Source: Prorocentrum cordatum (lineage: Eukaryota). From it: a stretch of DNA of 64,000 bases. Position 1 is the stretch's first letter; every line of letters begins with the position of its first letter. The stretch spans positions 62,001-126,000 of the forward strand of contig CAUYUJ010000203.1 of the NCBI GenBank assembly GCA_963575745.1, read 5' to 3'. The notes beneath the pieces are model-generated. The model was not told where the DNA came from. It was given only the letters and a program-made list of their open reading frames with translations, and did no database searches. This document shows positions 23,135-35,397 of the stretch, in pieces. A program made the position numbers and the translations under genes.

Positions 23135-23725
23135 GTCTGTATGCCCCAGGTAGTACCATCCAGACACTTGGAGCATCTTGTCTCTATGCCTCCTCAAGTG
23201 GTACCAGGTACGTACAACTTGAGGCGTGCCGCCCGCATGCCTCAAGTTGTACATGTCTTGCTTCAGTTGAGGCATATCGTTTGTACGCTCGATACATGTC
23301 GTTTGTATGCCCCAAGTCGCACCAGCCATGTACCACTTCAGGCATACCATCTGCGTGCTTCAAGTTGTACCGAGCCATTCCCGCTTGAGGCAGTTTGTCT
23401 TTATCCCTTCAGTGGTACAGGGCAACTACAGCTTGAGACATGCTCTCTGTATGCTTCAAGCGGTACCTGACATGTTCCACTTGAATCATGTCGTTTGGAT
23501 TCTGCAGTTGGCATCGGCCAACTACCACTTGAGCCATGCCGTCTGTATGCCTCAACTGGTACACGATAAGTGCCGCTTGATGTATTGCGTCTGTATGCTT
23601 CAAGTGCCTCAACTGGTACCGACGATTTACCAATTGAGGCATGTCGCCTATATGCTTGACGTGGGACCGACCCAGTACCACTTGAGGCCTGTCGCCTGTA
23701 AGCTTCAAATTGCACAGGACAAGTG
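23135..23725. repeat. Degenerate tandem array of ~48-bp palindromic units
   Basis: Consensus ATGCCTCAAGTGGTAC-N7/8-GTACCACTTGAGGCAT-GTCGTCTGT, about 12 units; seen as 16-aa periodicity in ORF 23307..23912. Confidence 0.8.
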
Positions 23726-24324
23726 TACATCGCTTATGTGCCTCTTGTGGTACCAATCATTCGGGGGGTCTCTTGGAGACACTGTTTGGGGCTCTGGGGA
23801 ACCGTCTAGGGGCCTCTTGATGCCTCTTAGGGGCCTCTTGGGGCTTCTTCGTGGCCTCTTCGGGGTCTCTTGGGGGCTCTTGGGGGCCTGTCGGGCCACA
23901 TGGGCATTTTGAGGCGGAAGGCTCGAATGTTCGGTTCGTGATCCCCCTCCTGGGCCCCTCTCCTGGGTGTTTTCTTGGAGCCCTCTTGCGCCGACTTCGG
24001 GGGGGGGGAGGGAGGAGGAGGAGGAGGAGGAGGAGGAGGAGGAGGAGGAGGCGGAGGAGGCGGAGGAAGAGGAGAACTAGGGGATGGGGTCGCAGGAGAC
24101 GACGACGACGACGATGACGATGACGATGACGACGACGAAAACGACGACGACAGGGGGGTCTCGGGTTTCTGTTGTGCGTTCGTGGGAGGCCTTTTAGTCG
24201 TCTCTTGGAAGCAGTTTGTCGGCCTCTGGGAGGCCGTCTGGTGATCTCTTGGGGCCTAGTCTGGGCCTCTTGGGGCCTCTTGGGCGTTTCTTGGGGCCTC
24301 TTGGAGGCCTCTTGGAGCCTTCTA

Positions 24325-24489
24325 TCAGAGCGTGAATTACCTACCCCGCTTTCGCTTCCAGGCAAAACCAAGCCATACCACGAGTCGCCTCGTCAGGCGG
24401 CCTGACCAGTACAGGTTGCAATTTGGCATCGTTTGGTATCTCTTGGAAGCGAGGGTGGTCAAAAGCGAGGTAGGTTTGTTTTCCCCCTA
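24325..24489. mobile_element. 165-bp fold-back element, family C (TSD TTCTA)
   Basis: Closely similar to 60611-60775. TTCTA at 24320-24324 and 24490-24494. Nested inverted repeats (ACCTACC/GGTAGGT, TCGCTTCCA/TGGAAGCGA). Confidence 0.78.
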
Positions 24490-26238
24490 TTCTAGGGCCC
24501 TCTTGCGGCGGAAAGCTGACATTTTCGGTTCGTGGTCTCCGTCTCGGGCCCCTCATGGGACCGTCTAGGGGGCCTCTTGGGCCGTCTCGCGCTCCTCTGG
24601 GGCCGTCTTGGTGCTCTCTTGAGCCATCTTGGCGCCCTCTTGGGGCCCTCTTGGGCCGTCATGGGGCGGTGTTGGAGCCCTCGTGGGCCGCCTTGGAGCG
24701 GCGGAACACCGAAAAGGAGAGAATTGGGCTTCAACATGTGCGTGAAGTTTGCTATTCATTCATTTTTCTACAAAAGACCTGGATCTTGGTCAAGCTCATA
24801 CGCTGATGGGTTGTCCACCTGGCATGATATTGATATTGTTTGTACCCCCCGACCGACAGTTACACCCAGTGCCTCGCGGTACGGTGGCGGATACCGCAAA
24901 TCACCCACGGCGCAAATGTATGGCGCAACCTTTAATTATGGAATTTTCGCGTAATTCCATCAGCCCAATTAGGAGAGCCGCCTTGATCAGGAATGTGTAG
25001 CGGCATGCAGTGGAACAACACGAGGACAGTCGTCACTTCTGGAAAGTGAGGAAGAAGGGAGGCTGGTAAACGGAGGAGGCAGGAAACGGTTGGGTGGAAA
25101 GGGAGTTACAGTAGGACGGACCGGCGAGAGGAGGGGGGGGAGGGGGAACGGTGAGTTCAGATTCCGAGATAATTTGGAGCTGCTTCTCTGGAGATCCTCG
25201 CTCTTTGGGAACTTTGGAGGGGGGGGAATGGGGGGTCTAGAAAGGTTGCGGAGGGATGGGTGGTTGATGGGAGGGTTTGAGGGGGTATGAGAGGGATGGG
25301 CGCCTTCTTGGAGGCAATCGGTTGAAACGGGCGGCGCTAACGCATGCCTCCCGTCGGTTAGCACCCAAAACCGCTTTGGTCGCTTTGGGGGCGCTCTTGT
25401 GCGCTCTTGAGGCCGCATTGCGTCCCTCTTGGGGCCGTCTTGGGCAATCTTGGAGCCACCGTGAGACCTCCAGAGCCCATTTGAAACGAAATGGCGAGGA
25501 GGTAAACAGCATTGAAACACTCATCGGTGTTGAAGGATTTTTGGCCTACTGGCGGCCTCCTCGGGAGGCTCGTGTTGGAGGCTATCTTGAATCATCTTGG
25601 GACATCGTGAGCGACCTTGGAGGCCGTCCTGGGCGGTGGAGCCGTTTTGGAGCCATCTTGGGCCACACAGGATCCTCTGACACCTCGCGGGGCGCCCTCC
25701 AGGTCTAGGGAGGGGGAATCCCCCCCCAAGGGGAAGACGGGGGGTTATCACGCCGTGAACGGCTGGTGGGATTGCAGGGGGGTGGGGCGTCATGGAGAAG
25801 GCCTTTGGCGATGGGGTGAGGGCGGCGAAGCAGGAGGGAGGAAGGAGGAGGAGTTCGGATGGAGAATTGAGGATGCGCAGCAGGAGAAGGACGGCGACGA
25901 CGACGACGACGACGGGGCCCTCGCAGAGAAGGCACATCAACTGAGAAGGTATCGGCCTGCCAGCAGGTGCCAAAGGGAAGTATCTTACACCCCGATGGCC
26001 CAAGGGACCCGCAGAAGTTCTGTGGTACCTTGGGACCCTCAGAGGTCGACAAAACCACGTGCTCCAAGATGTCCACAACTGTGTGTCTGCTGTAGCTGTA
26101 TTCGCTCGTGGTTTTTTGCTGGGCAAGCCCTCCCGAACTGTGCCCGACACGCGGCGATCTGTTGTATGGCCTCGTTCGGCGAGAGGTCTGGGAAGCGGGC
26201 TGGTCCGCTGTGCCGCCTTCTGCCGCCCGCTCGCTCAG

Positions 26239-26273
26239 ACCATGAACGACATCAACAGCATCCCCGACTTTTG
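26239..26273 (+). CDS. Host gene exon d (TMNDINSIPDF-W)
   Basis: CAG acceptor and GT donor at 26274. Joined to exon e it gives DINSIPDFWSWM, matching the polycystin/TRPP I.S..DFW.W motif after the first TM helix. Confidence 0.8.
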
Positions 26274-27952
26274 GTCCGCACGCGCGGGCGGGAGGGGCTC
26301 CGATCTCTTGCGTCGGCAGTGCGGTCGGCCAGGTTCATGGACGGTTCTCGTGAAGCGTTTCCATACCGTACCCATGGCGTCGCTCTTTGAGGCCTCAGCT
26401 TGCAAGGCTATGGATACACAAGGGCATGGATGCAGCGTCTTGGATGCATCTGGCTGTGGTATACCTCCACCCATGCCATGGCAGCCTTGACCTGCAATCT
26501 GATATTTACATTTCTCCCCCATGATTCTCTCTCCCCTCCCCTGACCCCCGGGAAGTTCGGCTCCACATCATATGGTTCCCCTTCTGCCCACGTTTCTTCA
26601 CAGTTATTCTGGTTGGTCAGTTGTTGTGCGTCTGTGTGTGCCAGCGTGTGTCCCAGCAGTGAGTAAGACGTGTAGTCTATGTGGTGCGATCGTTGTGTTA
26701 CAATCTGTGTGTTGCAACCGATGTGGTGCAATCTAGGTGGGGGCAAGCTACGTGGTGAACGTTACAGCATGCAACCCATAGGTTGTAGCATGTGTGGCCG
26801 CAACGTTTGTGGTGCAGTCCTTGCGGTGCCGTGCATGTCGTGCAGTCCATGGATTGTTGCGCGCAGGTGCGTTTTGCAACAGAAGCGATGCAGTCTACTC
26901 GGTGCACGTAATGTTGAAACTGTCGAAGTCGTCAACTCCACGATCGAGCACACATCCAACCAACCCGCCCGTAATTTCTTGAAAAAGTATGAAATGGCGC
27001 AATGGTGCCAGGACCCGTCTAATGCAGACCCATGCCTCGGGCTGGCGAGTGATGATAGTGACGTCGGCATCGGCGACGGCGACGTTGATGATGTTGCAAG
27101 TGACGACGATGACCAGGGCGACGACAACGACGATGACGATTGTGATGGCGATGATGACAAGCATGATGGGATCATGATCCTGATCATGATTATGATGAAT
27201 CTGACCATGGCGCCGACGACGATTGTGATTGCGATGAGGATGATGGTGATTTGTGGTGACGATAACAATGATGACGCTGCTGGTGTTGATGACGATTGTG
27301 TGTTGATGAGGATAGTGAGCGGCTGTGCGCGCAGGAACGGGGGCAGACTTGTTGCAAATGCATTGCTTTCATGTGCGCTCAACACTTCGATGCTGAAATG
27401 CTCATGCACCGAATGGTCTTGCAATGCAGGGCTGGACCTAAACGGTGTTTCTGGCGATTTCGTGGGCCGTTTTCGTTTCGACGTCGTTTTGCGGTAAAGA
27501 TGGATTGAAGACAAAACGAGGGACAACGAAAACAACACGAAAACGAAACACACCGTTAGGTTCAGCCCTGCTGCAATGCGGAGGAGTCTTGCGCGGGCTC
27601 GCACGCTCCTGCTCACTGCCGTGCCTGAGCTGGCGCGGGTCCTCAGCGCCTCTGGCTCAACGCCCCCTCCTCGTCCGCAGCCTCGTCCTCCGCCTCGCTC
27701 CTTCCTGCCCTTCGCCCCTCCTCCCGCTCGAGGGCGTCTTGGAGTCTTCTCTGGGCGTCCTGACGCGTCCCCTTGGCGCCCGCTTGGCATCCCTTCGAGA
27801 GGGCCCCCGGGGGGCCCTCTGCTGGCCTCTGTTGGGGCGAGCGGCGCCGGGCCTCGGGGGCCCCGGTGCTGCAGGGGCACCCCCGAGGCGGCTCTGCAGA
27901 GGCTCTGCGGCTTTGTTGTTCCACCGCACAGCCGCCGGCCCACCCGCGCATC

Positions 27953-28147
27953 TCGGGTCGGGCGAAAGGGGGGGATTGGGAAAGGGGGGGTTACGAAATT
28001 TGCTGCATGCAGCTGGTTTCGGCCTCACCGAGGGGCCCATTCCTCGGTACATCGCCGCCTCCGGCGCCGGGAGGCGCCGGGAAAATCAGCTACGTGAGCT
28101 GATTCTCAAACCCCCCCTTTGCTATCCCCCCCTTTCGCCCGACCCGA
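27953..28147. mobile_element. MITE-like family B copy (TSD GCATC)
   Basis: TIR TCGGGTCGGGCGAAAGGGGGG / CCCCCCTTTCGCCCGACCCGA. GCATC at 27948-27952 and 28148-28152. Confidence 0.82.
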
Positions 28148-30396
28148 GCATCCGGGACGGTCGGTCCCTGCTCCAGTGGAGGACAGGGGTCGATCTAAAC
28201 GGTGTTTTGGCGATCTCGTGGGCCGGTTTCGTTTCGGTGTCGTTTTGCGGCAAGGGCGGATGGGCGGCAAAACGAGGGACAACGAACACAGCACGGAACC
28301 GAAAAACACAGTGTAGGGCGACCCCTTGTGGAGGAGGGAGGGGGGAGGACGAGCGTCGAGGGGCGAGGAGGAAGGGGTCGAATAAGGAAGCACGGGTGCG
28401 CAGGCTTGTCCTGATCGTTTGACTCTTTTTTTTTGTGATCCCGTTTCTTCGTTCCTTGTTGCAGTCATTTTGTTTTGGAGGAGGCTGCCCAGGAATTGGG
28501 CACTTGATTTCAATTCCTCAATAGACAACATCCCGCCCCTACATCCACCAGGACGGTGTTTACATGTTTTTGTTCGGAACGCCTGTCGATGTAGTCGACC
28601 CAATCGGATGGCGATAGTTCAGGTCGCCTCTTTGTTGTGCCAAACGTCGTTTTATACCACAGTTGTTCCTTTACATACATATATATAGATAGTTCTAACC
28701 GCTTCTACTTTTCATTACGCTCGTGAGTACATTAAGAAACAAAAACATGCGACGGTGCATGTGCGCGAAAACGCTATTTGAGGAATGTTCCAGGGATCCT
28801 CACGCATGGCAAATTTTATTATGAAGGGGTTTGGGGCCTTCTTATTGATTGCTTCGCTCATTCCGCCGGCCCATATTGTCGCATAAGCGGGCGATGAGGA
28901 GAAGGAGGTGGCTTGTCGATGGTTTCTTGGGGAACTCGTTTGACGAAACTAGGTCGTCGGCAACACGGGTCTCTTGGAGACGCCGTGGGGTTTCTTGGGA
29001 GGCCTCTTCGGAGCCTCTTCGGGGCTTCTTGGGCTAGTGTATTTTGGAACTTCTGGGAGCTTCTTGGGGCCCTGCTGGTGGTCTCGTGAGGGATCTCGCG
29101 GAAGAGGGCCGGACGTGGCAGCTCGGAGTGCCGCTCTTGGGGTCTTCTGGGAGCCTCTGGAGCGGTCTTGAGGAGCCTTTGGGGTTGTCTTTCAGCGCTC
29201 ATGGGCTGTCTTGGGCTCATCTTGGAGGCATGTATGGCCGTGTTGGGGCGGTTTTGAGGGCCTCCTGGGCAGTTCTACGTCGTGAAACTTCAAAGTCGCT
29301 TATGCGGAAAACGTACGCAATCCTACGGGAATGGGAGGATCTATGCTTCTTGGGGACCTCTGGGAGGGCCTCTTGCAGCTCTCTCGATGCTTCTTGGCGG
29401 CCGGTTTTCTAGAGGCCATCTTGGGCGTCTTGGACCGACCTTTCGGCGACGCGGTGCCTCTTGGACCATCTGGGGAGCATCTGGAGCGCTGTGGGGGACC
29501 TTGCGGGGACCTTGCCAGAAGTCTCCCAGGTTTCAACCGGGGTACTTTTCGCTCCGGGTCTTGCCCGCCGCGCGGCGTCTGCGTTGTCGGCAAACAGGAG
29601 ACGTCCAAGGCCCCGATAGCGGAGCAGTCCAAAGCGCTTGCAAGCCTGTGGGAGAGGCTTGCAAGGACGGTGGGAAGGCTCTGTGGGGAGCTTGTAAGCT
29701 TCAGACTGGAGCTTCGCAGGAGCTCCCGAAGCTCCGTATCGTTTATCCGATCCCCATCCCCATCCCCATCCCCTTCAAGACACCACCAAATTGCCACCCC
29801 AGTTGGGGATACACCCCTCGAAATCCGCAGGGAACAACCTATATCCCCATCTAGGGGGGTCAATCGGCCAGCGGGGCCCAGGCCACGCCGCTGGGGATGG
29901 GGATCGGTAAAACGATACTCACGCAAGCTCCAGAATGGAGCTTCGCAGGAGCTCCAGGAGCGCTGCGAAGGAGCCGCGGCAAAAGCCTGCGGCAAACGTG
30001 ATTTATGGGGAGCGCGGGACACGCCGGAGGGTCAAGCAGCTCGCTGCGAGAGGCTGCCTGCCCAGCGCCAGAGAGAGATCCGGGACTACCCCTCAGTCGG
30101 GCCTGTCCCTCTACAGGGGGAGCATTGAGACACTGCAAAACTAGTCGGGGGACGCTTCTGGGAGTCATTTTACGAGTCTTCTTTGAAAACGATATGTTTG
30201 GATCTTTCGTCCGAACCCCGTCTGTATGGGGGGCACGCCCGACCTAAGACTACCCTGCGCCGCCAGCTTCTAGTCCGGAGCCCTCCTAGCCCTCGGAGAG
30301 AGCTGCCCGGGGAAACATCCGGGGGCCCCGCTCGGGGCACGATGAGGCCAACGGCGGGCGTCGGGCAACGCAGGCCCCCGAGCGTCGTCGAATATC

Positions 30397-30437
<41 letters not shown>

Positions 30438-30524
30438 ATACTCTGTGGCGCGGCGGGTGTGGGTGGCCCGGGCTGCCTTCGAGTCTCGGGCGATCGCAGG
30501 CACGGATCAGGGAGGCGTGGATTA

Positions 30525-30695
30525 TCGGGGGTGGATAGACCTCCTACCCTGACACGTCGATTGAGGAATTGGCCGTTTTCGGTTCGCGAGAGGGCGTCGC
30601 GGCCGTCATTCTTGCGGGTCCAGGTCTGTCGGTTTCGGTCCTAGGCCGTTCTCACTATAGGGAGGTTTACTAAAGGGAGGTTTGTCCACCGCCGA
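30525..30695. mobile_element. MITE-like family A copy
   Basis: Homologous to 503-673; flanks GATTA / GATTT. Confidence 0.78.
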
Positions 30696-31267
30696 GATTT
30701 GCGACAGGTCCCGCTTCCATGGAAAGGCGCGGATTTCCGCCGCCGAGCGAGGCGGCACGAGCCGCGTTTTGGGGAGAGCGCCTCCCCCGATCCGTGGAAT
30801 TGGCGACCGCGCGCCACGTCCATGGGTCGCTGATCCATGTCTGCGCGCCCCCGAAATTTGGTGCGCGGCCGTTGCCTTAGTGACTTTGGCTCTTGGGAAA
30901 GAAAGCAACAGCATAAACATAAGCTACATGTTTGGAGCTCCGCGCTGATTTCTTGCTTCGGCGCCAGCCCCCCCTGGCGCCGCCCCTGGCGCGCTCCGCG
31001 CACCAGGGAGGGGCCTCCAGCGTGGATCCAACAGATCGGCGCGGACATCCAAAAATTCACGTTTATGTAATTCTGTCGTTCCTCTACGGTAGGATGGCGG
31101 TGCAAAACGAGGAGTCGGGGGCGAGGGAGATGTCTGTGGGGGGGCATATCATGGCCGGGGACGGGGCCATGATATCTCCCCTGACTTCATGGCGTCCCTT
31201 GGTTCCCCACTTCCGCGCACATGATTCGTGCCATGCTTTGCGAACCTCCCTCCTGGACGCCGCGGCC

Positions 31268-31308
<41 letters not shown>

Positions 31309-31914
31309 AAGAAGAAGAAACAAGGTCACAAACAAAACTTTTCGCGCTCAGCGCGGATTTCTTGGAGCCGCGCTGGGCCCCCCCGGCGGCGCCTCTGGCG
31401 CTGCCCCTGGCGCGCTCCGCGCGCCACGGAATGGAGTCCAGCGCAGATCCCAGGAATCCGCGCGGAGCGCCAAAAGTGTATGCTTGTGCCGCCTGATTTT
31501 CTTCTTCTATCCTCGCTGTCGGGTTCACGCCCCGTGCTCGCTGGAACGCACGCCCACGCGTGCGCGCGGGCATGTCCGGGCGCTCTGCGCGTGATCATCT
31601 GCGGGTGGCTCGTGCGCCCCTGCGCGTGGCCCCGCACGGGTGCCAGCCGGCGAGCACGGGGAGGCGAGGTTCGAGGTCTCTCCTGGGTTCGAGGAGAGTG
31701 CAGTGCTCTCTATCTGGCCTCCAGGAGCCGTTGTCGATCCCGGGGGGCCTCGCAAACGGATCCGAGGGGATGCAACCAGAGCTGTCCTGGCGGAGGACCT
31801 GGCCAGGTGCAGTTGCAAGTGCCTTCGTTGCGGGTGTCCGCTTCGCGGGACCTCCTCAACGGGCCGTGAAGCATGCCAAGGGTGTGCCGATATGGGGCGG
31901 GGCCGCCATGTGGG

Positions 31915-32775
31915 CGCTGCCACTGGGGCATTCTGTGGAACGCATGATGGGGCCGCGAAACGTGTTCGGGGTACACCGCAATGGGGCGGGGCCGCCACTG
32001 GGGCATTCGGTGGAGCTCCCTCTGGGGCCACGAAACGCTGTACACCGCCACTGAGGCCTTCGGTGTGGAGCTACCTACGGGGCCACGAAGCGCTGTACTG
32101 GGTGGGGGAACCGCATGCGGACACCGCCACTGAGGCCTTCGGTGGAGTCCTCCATGGGGCCACGAAGCGCTGTACTGCTTGGGGGAACCGCATGCGGACA
32201 GCGCTGCTGAGGCCTTCGGTGGAGCTCCCTATGGGGCCACGCAGCGCTGCACTGAGTGGAGGATCCGCATGAGGAAACCGCTGCTGAGGCCTTCGGTGGA
32301 GCTCTCTAAGTGGCGACGAAACTCTGAATTGGGTGGGGAACCAGATGCGGCCACCGCCACTGAGGCCTTCGGTGGAGCTCCCTATGGGGCCACGAAACGA
32401 TGTACTGGATGGGGGAACTGCATGCGGAAACCGCTGCTGAGGCCTTCGGAAGAGCTCCCTCTGGGGCCAGGAAGAGATGTACTAGGTGGAGGATCCGCAT
32501 GCGGACAGCGCTGCTTAGGCCTTCGGTGGAGCTCCCTCTGGGGCCACGAAACGCTGTACTGGGTGAGGGAACCAGATGCGGTCACCGCCACTGAGGCCTT
32601 CGGTGGAGTCCTCTATGGGGCCACGGAACACTGTGCTGGGCGGGGGAACCGCATGCGGACACCATTCAGGCCTTCGGTGGAGCTCCCTATGAGACTACGA
32701 CGCGCTGTACTGGTTGGGGGAACCGGATGCGGTCACTGGCCGACATTGAGGCCTTCGGTGGAGCTCCTTGAGGGG
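31915..32775. repeat. Tandem array of ~77-bp units
   Basis: ctgaggccttcggtggagctccctatggggccacgaa recurs roughly every 75-81 bp, about 10 copies plus degenerate ones. Confidence 0.9.
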
Positions 32776-33097
32776 TCACGGAACTGGGAGGGTTGTGCCG
32801 ACATGAGATGCGGAGGGCAGATGCAGGGATGGGAGGAGGGGCAGGAGGGGGAGTAGAGGAGATGCGGGGCGTTGTCTCTTCAAGACGAGGACCAAACACC
32901 AGAGGATGGCTGGGAATTGGCAGATGGACCCCCAGACCGGTTTTGAGCGGGTGTGTTCTGATCCCCACCGTTTTTGACCGATTGTCTTCAGGTCCGTCCA
33001 GTTCAGACCCCCAGGCTGCCTGCAGTGTGCGCGCGTGCGGTTGCAGAGCACGCACTGTGGCGTAGATGCGTCGCCGTCGCCCTTCTCCACCGGCAAG

Positions 33098-33203
33098 GTC
33101 GTGGATGAATTTGGGCTTCGTTCCGTTGCTGTTCCCCGCCGAGGGCTCCTGGGATACCGACGAGATGCGAGCCAACGTGGGGACCATGTGCAATAGTTAC
33201 AAG
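33098..33203 (+). CDS. Host gene exon e (SWMNLGFVPLLFPAEGSWDTDEMRANVGTMCNSYK)
   Basis: AAG acceptor; completes the TG|G Trp codon from exon d. 3' end ambiguous: GA donor after 33203 or GC donor after 33207. Confidence 0.8.
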
Positions 33204-35260
33204 GAGGGCCGCGTAGTGGCAAATGCATCTGATCATTTCTTCCCTCAGCATAGCATTGCGCTGTATTGGATATGTGCTGCTACCACTTGGCATAGCTATC
33301 GTAGTCGTCGCAACAGTCGTTCTGGCAGCCGCAGTCTTGGTGAGCCCATTATTTCGCCCGCTATGTCGCAATTGTTGGCGAATGGCTTTGCTTGCATTGC
33401 CAGGCCGCTAGTACCCGACACATGTAGGGTCGCAGAAGTACCAGCACTAGCAGTTGCATTAGAAGCAGTAGCATGCATAGTTGCATTCGCACTTGAATCG
33501 CATTAGTAGTATCAGTAGTGCCCAACGGTTGGGGCTCTCGTGCTGTTTCAGGATATAAGCGTTGGTGTAGATGTGGATGAAGACGCGGACGAACATGTTG
33601 ATGTAGACGTACATGTTGCCCCCCCGATATATATCTATATATATATATATATATGTAGAGAGAGAGAGAGAAAAAGACAAAAAAACAGAGATACAGAGAC
33701 ATTCGAGGAGGATGACCTGCCCGCCGCACGGAGCACTTGCTTTCTTGGGGGGAGAACCACAGGGAGATTGTTTTCCCTTTTGGGTTTGAGTTGTTGGCGC
33801 AACTAAGAACAAGCAGACACTGTTTTGTGTCCAAGAGTCTTGGGTGGGAATCAAAGCACAGCAACACAAGCTCCGATCAGGGTAGCACATCAATAATCAT
33901 CTAATGTGGTCGATCCTTTTGGGCTTCCCCAGGGCCCATCCAACCCAGATTCTGCCAAGCAGTCCGAAGGCCCAGCATCCGATGACTCTTATGTGTGTTC
34001 ATGGCCAAATAACCTCGCAGAGTTGTTGTAGACCCAAGATGTTGCCTTATGAGCGAAACGAATGCTTCGCACCAGTCTCTCTCTTTCTCTCTCGCTCTTC
34101 CTCCTTCGTTTTTCTTGACGTGTCTCCCACACACCTCTCTTCCACCAACAGAGACTGAAGCCATATTACATTCCCCTACGCCAGCATCTGCACGTTCGTC
34201 AGCAACTGCATCCTTGAATACGGTTTCCGCCAGATGGATCCTTGTCGTAAGAATTCATTCAGTAAGGATTTGTGATCGTACGGGTTGCTTGGTCGGAATT
34301 CGTCCAGCCACGGCTCCTTGCTGAGGACGCTTTTCATTCTTTCGTACGGATGGCTTGTGGATGGAGTCCTTGGGCCACGTTGTTTTTTGTTGTTTTCAAC
34401 GGATGTCTGTAAGAAGCATGTCTTTCGCATTCCTGCAATAAGGCTTCCTGTAGTAATGATATTTGTTTGTGGGGTGAGGGATCTTTTCTGAAGGTGTCCG
34501 TCAGTATTGATTCATTCAGGATTTCATCAGTACGCATTCTGGCAGAGGGTTCTTTAAGCGGGTTCCATGAGTATTGATTCCTTCCGTAGAGCGAGACTTC
34601 TATTTGGGAATACTGTGCAAAGGATTCTCAAAAGGGTTACAGAGTCGGCATCTCTTTAGAGCAAGGGGTCCTTGGACAATGAGTGGGCAAGGGTTCCTTG
34701 AGTATGCATTTCTTTAGGGATGCCCCCTCTTGCAAGAAATTGTCTTGCCATCACCCCGTAAGGACGGATCCGTGTCGTAATGGATCCTCTGGTATGGACC
34801 TCTCGGCGGACGCCCCGAGCGCAGTGGAAACGGGCGGCACCGTGGCGAGACCTCGCTCCGGACCTCCCAGGGCGCTGTGGGCGTTCTGCAGGGCGGCAGC
34901 GAGGCGGCTGTGGACGGGGCGGGCGCGGCGGCACAGAAGGCGGCAGGCGCGGGCGGCCGCGGGCGGTTCGGCGTGGCGGAGCTCTGGCGGGCCGACATGG
35001 CGCGGTGGGCGGCGGCAACGAGGAGGCAGCGTTCGAAGAATAATAGCGCCATAGACATACATGTTTGGCGGCTCGGCGCGTATTTCGATCCGCGCTGGCA
35101 TCGCCCTGGCGGCGCCGGAGGCGCCGCCCCTGGCGCGCTCCGCGCGCCAGGGGGGGATCCAGCGCAGATCCAAAAAACCCAGGCGGAGCGCCAAAAGTCT
35201 ACGTTTTTGCAGTTTTTTAGTTGTTTTCTTTTTTCCATCTTCTAGAGGAGGCAGCGTGTG

Positions 35261-35397
35261 CCGGGGGTTCAAAGACGGGGGGTCCTGAGGGTTGGGGTCC
35301 TAAGGACGAGGTGCCTCAAAGAGCGCGCAGATCCACCCTTGGAGCCCTTCCTGTCCTGAGGGCCCCAGCACTCAGGACCCCGTCTTTGAACCACCGA
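35261..35397. mobile_element. MITE-like family E (137 bp)
   Basis: TIR GGTTCAAAGACGGGG / CCCCGTCTTTGAACC, ending CCGA (left end reads CC rather than TC). Flanks GTGTG / GCGTG. Confidence 0.68.

Noticed and set aside
24325..24489. Hammerhead (CTGACGA on the minus strand) or U3 snoRNA (GAGCGTGA)
   Set aside because: CTGACGA is not conserved in the second copy, stem II does not form, and the other U3 boxes are absent.
31915..32775. CRISPR array or hammerhead ribozyme array
   Set aside because: Whole units repeat with no unique spacers and there are no cas genes. GAAAC is present, but no CUGANGA core precedes the stem.
33092..33165. Alternative frame VPRRGLLGYR resembling BipA/TypA
   Set aside because: Short chance similarity; the overlapping frame is explained as exon e.
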